Shown: positions 25,676 to 43,833 of the stretch, one piece after another | How positions within the stretch are numbered: position 1 is the stretch's first letter | Layout of the letters: each line of letters opens with the position of its first letter | From: Schmidtea polychroa | Lineage: Eukaryota | Length of the DNA: 64,000 nucleotides | Direction: 5' to 3' | Assembly: GCA_044892525.1 (NCBI GenBank) | Contig: CM097888.1 | Location: 35,526,001 to 35,590,000, forward strand | The notes under the pieces: generated by a model | Seen by the model: the letters and a program-made list of their open reading frames with translations, nothing else | The model's database searches: none | Told to the model about the DNA's origin: nothing | Made by a program: the position numbers and the translations under genes

Positions 25676-28345
25676 CCCTTTGACGCTCATAAGCGTTGCC
25701 GGCATTTTTATCGCTTGAAATATTAATCAATCGACAGATTTTAGTCCATTAGTGAGTATTATTTTCAAAAAATAATTTATTCTTTATATTTTAGACACTA
25801 CTTGGGGTGGTACATAAATACACCACTAAGCGATAATATGCAAAATATCCAATCAGTCAATTATATGATAAAGTGAATAACACTGACGTTGAGCATTCAG
25901 ACAGAAGTGAACATCACATGAACTGCATTTAATGTTGCTGCGGCAATCATGTCTTCGGGTGCTGCAGTATGTGCATCGCTTTCTGTCTTCTGTGAATACT
26001 GGTAAATGTTGTGGTGTAGGACAAGCAGCATTACTCGGTCGAATTTTCTTTGAAGGAGGATTGGCGGATGTCGCTCTCTGATGACTACTGTAACGACCAG
26101 TGAGAGATAGCGCCACAGATCTGCGAAAGTCAAGAGCCTTCATTAGGTTGCTCTCATTTAGTTTCTTGAAAATGACATAGGAATTACACACACCAATATC
26201 CAGTAGGTCAAAGAAAATGCGTAAGTAGAACTTCACTTTTGACCTTTAAGTAAAAAAATCAAAACAAACAATGTATGTAGAGTTATAATGTGCACAGAGG
26301 CTGTAAATTTTTGCTTACCTTCGGTCGATTCCATATGCCTCTTTTCGTTGATCTGCAATGTCAACACCTCCCATAATTGAATTATACGTCGAAACCATTT
26401 TTGGAACAGTTTTAGGCATTTTACCAGCCGTACTTCTTCGTCTTCTCATAACGGTCGTGGTTTCAAAAGGAGTCTCATAATTGGATAGAATAGTGACAGG
26501 ACGTTTGTCCATCCACTTTATTGATGAGATACTGCCATCAGTGCTAACGTAAGAGTAAATATCACCCTCTTTCATACGCTTGTTAGCACGTACATCATCT
26601 GGCAAGTGTTTTCGTGATGTTCTGATAGTACCAATACCGTTTGAACACCGTTTTCACGTAAATAGAAAAACAGCTCTACCGAGGAGAAGAAATTATCCAT
26701 TGCCAGGATACAGTTTGTGTTGTGAAGACTTTTTGCCAAATGCATTACCACACTTCCACCTAGACCAAATTGGCGACCTTCATTATAAACTTTGCCTTGA
26801 TACATGTCAAGTTCATGAACATATCCAGAGTGTGATGATGCTCGGACCCACATTTTGAATCCCCAGGATATGGGTTTTCCTTTGACGTACTGTTTCATTG
26901 CACTTTTCCCAGTGAACTTAATCATGTGTTCATCAATTGACATTTCATTTTCCATTTCCATTGCAGCTTGAAACGCTTTGTTGAAATGGTTTATTAGTGG
27001 ACGTACTTTGTACGCTCTGTCGTATTCCGGATTGTCTTTATGTGGCTGAAGAGCATTATCACTAAAGTGCAAATTCTTTAGGATAAATTCAAATCTTTTC
27101 ACTGTCATCACATCGGCAATTGCATCTACATGGATATCTCTGTCAGTTGACCAATAGTCACGGAGATTTGGTAATCTGTTATAGCCCATAATTATGCATA
27201 TACCCAGAAATGCTTTTATCTCTTCACTTGTTACATCGAATATAATTCCCTGTTGTTGAGCATACAATTTAGTTTGTTCAATAATGAGTGTTACAAGATT
27301 TTCAAAATTTGTTGTGATTTCAAATGAAGAGTAGGCAGTTGCAGTTTCAATATCCACTTTCACTTTTCCGAAATCTACTAGTTTTGTAGGTGTAGGGAAT
27401 TCCAACAATCTCCGTTTTTTCTTTTGCCATTTTATATTTAAAGCCGTTGAATGCAACACATCTGAATCACGTTCTGAAATGGCAACAGAAACAAATATAC
27501 GAATTCGATTGAAATATATTAGGAAATCGAAATAATGTACCTGACTCATCAGATAAGTCTTTAGATTCCTCATCAACATCTATGTCTAAAAACATAAAAA
27601 TAAAACTTTGGTCACCATAAATGCTGATTTTAATTTGTAGCTAGCTTATATACCTTCTATTATTGTTTCGTCGATACCCATTTCAATGTCATTTTCAATC
27701 AGCGTAACATCTTCCTCATCAAGGTTTTCTATTTCGTCCTCAGAATTATCCGCCCATAAAAGTGAAATTGCTTTTTGAGCACAGGCTCTTCTTGAGTGAA
27801 CAATTCTTTTTTCTTTTGACATATCCTATAATAAAAATCATAAAAAATAAATAGCAATTGTTAAAATATGTATTTTCATTTTAATTATATTTCTGTGCTA
27901 TCACTAAGTACTATCAATTTAGTAATTTAATAATGAACTATATAATACGCTAAATTTATGTTTACCGTTCTGTGGTATATATATATACCACCATGTTATT
28001 TCAGTTCTCTGAAGTACAAAAAAATAGTATTTAAGTTATTTTAATAGTCATTATGTTAGTTAAATCATTGTGAAATAATATAATATGAAAAACGTTTTCA
28101 AAAACAAAAGATTACCTTAAAATAATATGAGTAGAAGATAATGTCTCAAAATTCTGAAAATTTCAAATATTTAACGAGATCGTATTAACTAAAACAATGT
28201 TTTTATAGACACCAAAGATTCCAATGATAATCATTAGGCATATGAGAGTATTTTTATCAAAGGGCGAAACCAAATTATGTTTATTTATTGGTGAACTATT
28301 TTGTTGAAGACGTGGTACATATATATACCACAGAACGTCCAAGGG
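25676..28345 (-). mobile_element. Full-length piggyBac transposon (2670 bp)
   Basis: TTAA at 25672-25675 and 28346-28349. TIR ccctttgacgctc vs cccttggacgttc. Internal transposase gene. Confidence 0.92.
25853..27822 (-). pseudogene. piggyBac transposase, intron-containing, with one apparent frameshift near 26635
   Basis: SIDEHM..F.GK..KP..WGFKMW, LAMDNFFSS, YN..MGGVD.ADQ and a C-terminal Cys-rich domain (RCTYC...C..C.VHFC...CY..YH). Acidic N-terminal exons from ATG 27822. The frame switches between ORFs 26572..27579 and 26315..26605. Confidence 0.85.
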
Positions 28346-30066
28346 TTAATTAACGATTTTCTGTATTAACACATTCGAATGCTTTTCGACCCTTTCTAAC
28401 CATTTTCTGACGAATCCCTAATCATCATCTTGTTGACCATCAGCTAATCTATACCTGTCCCGTTTTTGATAACTTTACAATTTATTGATTTTTTTCGGAT
28501 TTACAGATTGTTGCCTTTCGCAACTGCTTTTGCCATTTCCTAATACTGCTTCCATCATACTTTCCTTTACTATCAATTCTGTGCTTGATCACGCTTTTAT
28601 TTGTCTTTTTTCTTCACCTACTTTCTATTTAAATTTTCAACCTAAATTTATTTAAATTTATTTTAATTTACTGACCTCAACAAATCCAATCACTATCGCA
28701 AGGAAGGACATTTAAAACATCAGTGTTATGAAGCTCATCAACATTTTTCGGAATATAGGGTTATAATGGGAGAGGAATACAAGCGATCTACAAAAGGAGA
28801 TGATCCAAACAAATTTACTCCTACATCTGGAGACATTATCGGACCCATTAACGAATATTAATATGTATAATAACAAGAATGAAAATAAATTGATTTTGAA
28901 TGTGGCACGTCCACAGAACATTAAATATGAGGATATATGTAATATTACATCTGTTCCTGTTGATTATAACTTCAACGGAAATTCCAATACATTTTAAAGA
29001 TACTTTAGGATATTTAAAGAAATGCACATCTTTAAAAATTCTGCTGAAATTCATTAAATTCTTAGATTTTTTGTCACTAGATTGAACTGTTCTTTTGAAA
29101 TTCGAACCACGCAAACCCTGTCGCCGATTTCTTCTCACTTTCTTTCTCGGTGAATTCCAATTGCTACTATTTACGTTCAACGAGACAATGATTGAATTAC
29201 TAAAGATCACACTTCGTCGATTTTATCTTTTCTGTAATCACTAAAGTTTCTGCTATATGCATTGGTATCAAAATTGGTTCACTTTTTTAGAAATCGAAAA
29301 TCATTTAAAAATTCCAAAAGAAATTCCAGAATAATAAATTATATTTTTTATTAAATAGAGCCACAAAATTCAAAAAATCACATAGAGATTCCAAAAAAAA
29401 TTTGAATAATCGGTTTAAACTTGAATTAATAAACAAAGAACAAAATTCCAACACTAGAGATCAAAGAATGATATCTGCCTGTCACAGCACACATCTGCAG
29501 ACACAGACTGATGCTACAATCAGCAGCATGCCAAAGAAAATTAAAAATAAACCCAGCCTACACACACGCGCGCTCAAACAGACAAAACAAAAGCGATCAC
29601 AAGTAGCACACAGTAGACCGACCGAAAGAATTTCATAAAATTATAAACCCTTTACTATTAAATATGGTAGGTCACAGGTAAACCACATTTTACTCTTTTC
29701 GTGTCGTTTCCGACGAAACTTAAGATACTATGGTTTACTTTACCATCCAACAGCTGTTAAGCGATCAACGTTGGTACCTTGTCGTATACCCACGCAAAGT
29801 GAGCGTACTCCGTTACACTATAGTAGTTGAGCCTTCGAGTGGGTTCGTGGACGGTTGATAGAAGGCCTGTGTCTGACTTTGATTTGATATTATTTACTCG
29901 CTTCACATAGCCCACTATTGGGTTGGTGATGAAATTAAATTCCTTACTCTTACTCCAAGCGTGTCTTTCACAGACCACAATTAATGTTGATTCACCTTAT
30001 AATTCATTTACTAGAGAACGTACAACTTTCTCAGTTTTCTCTGAGTCCTTCTGATCTCTCCTCTTG

Positions 30067-30067
<1 letters not shown>

Positions 30068-30154
<87 letters not shown>
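30068..30154. repeat. Compound (TC)n(TA)n microsatellite
   Basis: Direct reading. Other (TA)n tracts at ~24604..24630 and ~59022..59058. Confidence 0.95.
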
Positions 30155-30156
<2 letters not shown>

Positions 30157-30329
30157 TACATCTCATTTTATACAAATTTCTGCATTGATTTTCTTTTATA
30201 TCATTATTACTCGTCATCTATCTCATATGTGCCTCATTTTTAATTTCTGTTTTCATCTTATTTTCAACCATTCAGTTTCATTTTCTATTTCATCTTTTCT
30301 CATTTATCGTTCATCAAGCATCTCATCAT

Positions 30330-32640
30330 CTTTATACATTATATAATTCAATTTTAAAGATTTCTTCTACTTCCTTTAATTCAAATTGTTTCATAACATC
30401 TATTTCATTAATAAACATTTGCGACGGTTCCTGATTCGTCAAAAATACATTTTCATCGAGCTTTCGTGGTACACAGCTACAATCAAATAAATACTCATCA
30501 TCATCTAACTCAAATCCTTTACACCTCAATACAATTATTTCATCATTGCCCAAAATTTATGTTGCCCTCCGTCGTATTTTACTTACTTACCAATACTCGT
30601 CCGCACATTCTACTCCTTAACCATTTATCTTTAACATTATTATGAATGGCTCGAAATAAATTCCTTCTTCTCTAAATTCTTGTCCAAATTTTCGAATAAG
30701 CGTTTTTATCATTTCACTATATTCATTTTACAATTCGCATAGGGTCTAACACAATCTAAAATTTTCAATTTGTCTCACAATTCAAGTTCTAAATTTAAAA
30801 TATTATTTAACTTATCATTAATATCACCTGTATTTCCCTTGAACAATACTTGATTTAATTCAAATTTAATTTTATCAACATAATATTTGACTGGTTTCTC
30901 ATTGGCAATCATGCTCATTATATGCATCTCATTTTCGACACCGGGGATCAATCCACAATCTAACAAAAATTAGTCGTCTTCCAACACTCGGTTCATAAAT
31001 CTAAGTTCCACTGCCCAAACCTCACACTTGTGCATCATTTCTCTTTTTAGCTTGTGCACTTTTTCGTATGCTTCAAGCGAATTTGATTCTGTCTGATGCA
31101 TTTGTTTAATGAATATCTGGTCTAACCATTTAACTTTTCTGAGAGATTGGCCAATTTCTTTCATAAAGTTTTCGAATACCTTTAGCTTTTCCACACTTGC
31201 TGCTTAACATTCTGTACAAAGTTTAATAACGATTTTAGTTTATGTTAAACTCAACGGTATTTTTTTTAGCTTCATTACCACTTCTATCAATTTCTGAAAG
31301 TTTGCTTCAGGTTCTGTTACTAATTTTCTAGCCTTAGCAATAAGTATAGTACTCTTTTCACTTTGCATATCAGTTTTAACTCTGTTTCTTGTAAAATCAT
31401 CAACTTTTGATTCATCTTTCCTCAATTTTCGTCTCGTCATCATGTGAGCATCTGTTTCTTCATCTGATTCAAATTTTTATTCAATTGTTTAACATTGTTC
31501 TCGATTATCTCTCCAAATTTATCTTTCTGAACATAAACAACGTTATTCTTTTACTGGTTTTCATCCTGAAATCCTTGAAATTTATCAGATTTCCTGGGAC
31601 AGGATCTTGCAATATGTCCGTAATTTCTGCACAAATGACATTGAATTTGCCCATTTAATTTCACATTGTCTCTCTGTGGTGATGATGAAGTTAATGGTGA
31701 TCTTGATCTTGAAAAACAATTTCTAGATATATGTCCTTTTCTATCACAGCGAAAGATAACATTGAACCTCATTATAATTTGACTTAACATTAGGAATACC
31801 TCTATGAAAATTTGTTCCTCTATCATCTTTTTGCCATTCTGGACTCAATCTCCTGGGTGCTCTCTCTGAATTATTTTTAAACCAACACTAGTTTGTATAA
31901 TGACCAATTTTCTTACAATGTTCACATTGAATCACTCTAGGACTCTCAGTGCTTTGTAGATTTTGGCTTGCTCTGTTTCCATTATTATCGTTTCTCCATT
32001 TGGGTGATGGACTTTTTGATCGTTGGAATCTATTTCCTGATTCCCAAATGTCCTAGTTTGGGGTTATTGATCTCTCTCTTTTTAGTGCAATTATCCAAAT
32101 AGTTCAGATTTATTTTTAATGCTCTTTAGATTCAATTCTATTTTCATAGCCTTTTTAGCAAATTCATCGAAATTGTCAGTCTAAACAGCACAATGCCGTC
32201 TTTATCTCTTTATTTACTCCTGGCAAAAATAGGTCTTGAATCAGCTCTTGCGCCTGTTGAATTAATCTTGACTGTTTCACATCATCTTCACATTTGCTCA
32301 TTGTTTTATTTTGATTTTGGACTCTATTATAAAATTTTTGACCCATTAATCTCTTTATATCTCCTCCAGTAAGTTAAGCAGCCAACGCATCTTTCAACTT
32401 GGCCCAATCATTGCCGATTTTTTTCCTGTCTATTTGTTGCCAGGCCTCTCTAGCTGTTTATTTAAGATATAAGGGTAATCTCTGAATCATGATTGCTTGA
32501 GATCATCCATAAGCCGTTGCATACATATAATAATCGCTCATAAAATCAACAAAAATAATTGAATCTCCTCCATATTGACTACTGGCAATCTTTGACAACT
32601 GGCAAAATCATTATTTTCATTAACAATGGAAACTGGCAAA
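30330..32640 (-). mobile_element. Degraded Ty3/Gypsy-like LTR retroelement: gag with two CCHC knuckles, followed by unrecognised coding-like sequence
   Basis: QRLPLYL..TAREAWQQI...NDW.KLKDAL...QKFYNRVQ (capsid), CDRKGHISRNC and CHLCRNYGHIARSC. Many stops; no RT or integrase seen. Confidence 0.75.
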
Positions 32641-32974
32641 TCTTCACTACTCATTATAAGTTCCTTTTTATTCTTGCTTCATAAATTATATCAATTTACT
32701 TTAATAAATTATTCTCTTAAATTGCACAAAATCTAAATCTCAAATTATTACTACAATAAATAATTTATCATTTCACAATCAACTTTAATAATTTCAATTT
32801 ATCACACTTTATTTTCACAATTTTTCTTTTCACTTCTCTTATCACCAACCTTTGGTTGCTTCGTTGACCTTCTTCACAACTTTATTCAAATAATTAAATA
32901 ACCTCTTTTCGTTTAATTTTTCAACAACTTCTTTTCTCCAAATCTTCTCCAACAAATATTTCTCCGCAATTATT

Positions 32975-37166
<4,192 letters not shown>

Positions 37167-38319
37167 TTTTTTTAATATCTTTTAAACTTTGATTAAATAA
37201 ACAAACAATACCACGTTATAATTTGTTATTTTGAACAAATTCGATACTTTTGTTTGTCGGAAATGGAAAATCGATAATTAATTATTCTTTATTTTTTTGA
37301 CTTTTTTGTCACCTACTATTTATAATTTTAAATTTTTGTAAATAACTTAATTTATTATTTATTAAATTCATATGAATTTAAATTTATGATTATATCAAGA
37401 CTAATTATTATAGAAAAACATATTTATAATATTAGCAATTAACATCAAACGGAATTGCAAAATTTGTAATCTAAACAATAAAGTAAAGAGAAACTCAATT
37501 TTAGAATAATAATAATAATAATAAATATTAATAAAAACAGAATAAAAATGCTGAAGTTGTTCAGTCAGTAACAAATTGTCGGAAAGCATATTTAGCTTAA
37601 ATAATTATAAATTTTAAATTAAAAAATTATACATATTAGTTGATTAAATTAAATAAAATTTTAAGGTTAATTACCATAATTACATGTAAAATCAGAATAT
37701 TATTTTCACATTGAAGGTGGGAGAATTAGTATGTTAAAAAGATTATATATGTTTATATTGTTTTGTTGTTTCATGTTTTTTTGCCTTTTTATTTGGAATT
37801 TTAAGGAAATATCGAGAATATAATATTATGAAACAATTTAAATGAAAATGTTAGACTCAAATATCAAACAAATGAAAAATACGTCGTTTCAGTTTGTGAT
37901 GCATTTTTGCAGAACCAATTAAGGTGTAATACCAAGTGAGGTACACGAAACTCCACTGAGAACCGTTTCCTATAATATAACAAAAAAATCAATAATCTTA
38001 CATTATAGAAACTTACTCTGATTTCACGTTGATGTTCTTACTTATAGCTCAGTGAGATACATCTTATATTATAGAAAACTGAAAAGTGGAAGAAAAATAG
38101 TGATAAAAATAAAATAGAACTGAATTTAGCATTTAATTGAAATTATCTAAGTTTTTCATTACTTAAAAAAATTTCTTCTATCCCCATAGGATTTTAAGAC
38201 AATGACTCCACAAAGACACCACGAGTATTTTTCATTAAGAAACTATAACTCGAATATCAATTGATAAAAGCTGTATTGTTTTCAATGTCTTTATTAGTCA
38301 TATCTTTGTTAATCATGTA

Positions 38320-39368
38320 CAGGGAACCCTAGAATAATGCAGGTTTGACTAGCGCGGAATTCGTTTTAACGCGGTTTATAGTTCGCTACCAAGTTTCAAT
38401 TAGCGCGGCAATCTGGCAAAAATTTCGATAAAAACTAGATGAACTGGTGCAGCCACAAACAAAATAGTCTCCTTTATATTTGAATCATTTCTTCTTAAAT
38501 AAGGGAAAACTATTTTGTTCGTAGCTGTACATATTTAAATAATAATACTGTACACATTCACGTTCCGAGGAATTAAGTGACTTGGACCTCTTGAATATTG
38601 ATCAGCAACCAGAAGTTGCAGAAGAAGAAGTTTGTGAGGTAGTAAACACTACAAAAAAGTTTTCAAATAAAGAATTTGAAGAGATTTTTCGAATAGCCGA
38701 ACAGATGAAAGATGTTGTCATTGCTGCAGATTCAGAAATCAATCGAGCCATGCAAATTTGCAGAAACATTGACAAGACTTTTTTGCCTTACAAACAAATT
38801 TACGAGGAAAACAAAAAACAAAAATCTGTGCAAACCAGCATTTTGAAATTTTTTAAAAAATGAGATTAAATTGTTAACTTTTGAATATTCCTTTAGTGTA
38901 ATTTTAAATGCGTTTTTTTATGTACGGTGTCATGTTCTATAAATCAATGCGGGTTTGACTAGCGCGGAATTCGTTTTAACGCGGTTTATAGTTCGCTACC
39001 AAGTTTTTTTATTCTGCATTAATAGCTACGCAACTGGTGTGTTTATAATAACTTTTTTTTCAAAATGTGTACAGTGCACATATATACATATTGTATGTAC
39101 TACAAATTCTTTCTTTTGCAAGGAAATGGTATTTATTTGTGTATTTTAATAAACTTCGGCCGCAAATATATATTATTATCCTTTGTTTATAATCTATGGT
39201 ACGCTAAATAGCGATAAAAATTGTATTTAAAGAAATGTTGGTTGCTGTTCTGAAGGACTTGGAACGAATTATAATTTTTCAGATTGCTTATTAACTTCAA
39301 ATAACGCGGTTTTAATTAACACGCTGTTTTTCTGGAACCAATTAACCGCGTTAATCGAGGGTTTCCTG
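38320..39368 (+). mobile_element. Internally deleted Tigger/pogo element in the spacer
   Basis: TA TSDs (38318-19, 39369-70). TIR cagggaaccct / caggaaaccct. ORF 38582..38863 encodes a Tigger C-terminal tail (...KSVQTSILKFFKK). Confidence 0.8.
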
Positions 39369-39662
39369 TATTTATTGTTAATAATACTGCTATTTTTAAA
39401 AATGAATAGCAACATCTGGTTATTACATTTATTTGATAATACACATATTATATACAAAAAAATTCCCTTGCAATTCTGGTGCAATTCTAGTGCATATTCT
39501 TGTGCAACATTTTTCAAAACATCAATATCCTCATTATACAAGATAGCCATGAGAACTTAATAAGGAGTTTTACTTAGATTCAGTCAGGTTACCAACTTGG
39601 TTTCTGTTTGATCATTTAAAAAATACATTTTATAAATGTGGAATAACTAAAATGGTTACAAT

Positions 39663-39947
39663 CAGTGGTGTAGTCAAGTGGGGATTTTGGAACCAACCCC
39701 CCCCCAATTGGATTTTTCATGTACAAATATTTGTCGGCGTCATGCCTCGAAAAAAAGACAATTTTTTCCTTTATTTTATTTACTGTAAATGTAATATTGT
39801 GAGATCTGTCTGTACTCTGCAGTCTGTGCTCTCAGTACATTGTGATTATTTATTTTGTTAAATTTTATTTTGGTTATTGAGCATAATATCAATAAATATT
39901 TCTCAACTCCAACCCCCCCCCTTCATAAATTCCTGGCTACGCCACCG
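39663..39947. mobile_element. hAT-type MITE, same family as 34122/47850, independent insertion
   Basis: TIR cagtggtgtagtcaag / cctggctacgccaccg; 8-bp TSD gttacaat; shared internal sequence. Confidence 0.88.
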
Positions 39948-41348
39948 GTTACAATTGATCTCTATCATGTATTATGACTAATTTTAACGATAATCATATA
40001 TTTACCAAATCGAATTCACGAATCTGTGTTGCATTCGCTTTGTTTATACTTTGCACTCTCTTTCTTAGTCATGTATATTATTCTAAGTTGTAATACTCTT
40101 ATTAAATACTACTGTTTTAATAAATTTACTATTCTTTAAATGACTATCGTCAAAATCTCGTATGACATTTATAAAAACATTTATTGATTATTCACAATGC
40201 AAGAAAATGATATTTATAAATTTATCAAGTATTAACCAGAAGACGATTCTGAAGACAACCGAGCCAAGCTTTACATAAGCGCAAATGAAATGGATCCTCG
40301 ATTTTTGGAAGCTCTTCATCAATCAAATTATGATGTTGTTTTAGACGTGTTTCTAAATATATCCGAATTGCGAGAATAATTCAAAAAGAATCATTTCTAA
40401 CGCAAAAGAATTATTTCTAACAAGATTTTCGGCTACCGCTCCTCCATCTTACCAATGAGAATCACCGTTAATATTTCAAAAATTAAAAATAAAAGATTAT
40501 TAGTTCTTAGTTACAACTGTATTTCGGGATAAAGAAATTTACAAAAACAATGAAATAAGTAAGTTTCTATTGAATGATGATTATGATCTTACCATATCAT
40601 TTGATATGCTTCGAAATACCTTGAAATTTCTTAATGACCACTGAGTCAGGTTTTGGGCAGATTCTTGTAGCAGCTTATTAGAACTAGCAGTGGTAATGAA
40701 TTACTAAGTCTATCAAAATTAAATTTATTAAAAGTAGAAATTTTGGTGATCTATTACGAAATTACATGGAATAAATAGTGGTGGACAATTGTGGTTTTCC
40801 ATACAATTTTTATGCTGAATTGTTCATAAATAATAACAAATAACTATTTGATTTCTCCAAAGCGAATAATATTAAATTAAAAATTATATCCAATGAAATC
40901 AATTCTACGCATAAACAACTTTTCAGTTTTGATGTTTGCTTTCTGGTAAAAAAAAATTATGAAAAGCTTTTTATTTGCCAATTATAATTACGAAAAAAAG
41001 TTAAAATATTATATTTTATATTTATAATTAAAAAATTATCAAAAAGTAACAATTCACACTAAATTTAAAATCTAATAGAAAATAAAGCGAATAGATTATA
41101 TATGAAATTATGAATAAAAAATAATCTAGTATATATCAGTTATATTTTAAAGTGAATTTGAATATAAATATCTATTAAGGACAATTTAAAATTGGTGCAT
41201 TTCCAAATTTAATTAATGCATTAATTAAATTTGAAAAGTTTATAAACATTGTTAATTAATTCAAAAACGATATTTATTTAATTACCAGGTATTTTTATTT
41301 AATAATTTGTTTCAATAAAGTTCAAGTCATTATATATCTTTAATAGCA

Positions 41349-43651
<2,303 letters not shown>

Positions 43652-43833
43652 TTGCGATTGTGAAAATTGAATATGTTGATATCAATAACATTTAATATTG
43701 AGTTTTTAATTGAATTTTTATTATTTATTTGATTAAAGAAATCTGTTGGCGGAATCCAGTTTTAATAATTGTTATTGATAATATATAATGAAGGTAGAAA
43801 TAAATTTGAAACAAAATATTAATTCATCTATTA

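Noticed and set aside
30011-30217. ORF with YI and ER repeats
   Set aside because: Translation of the (TA)n(GA)n microsatellite.
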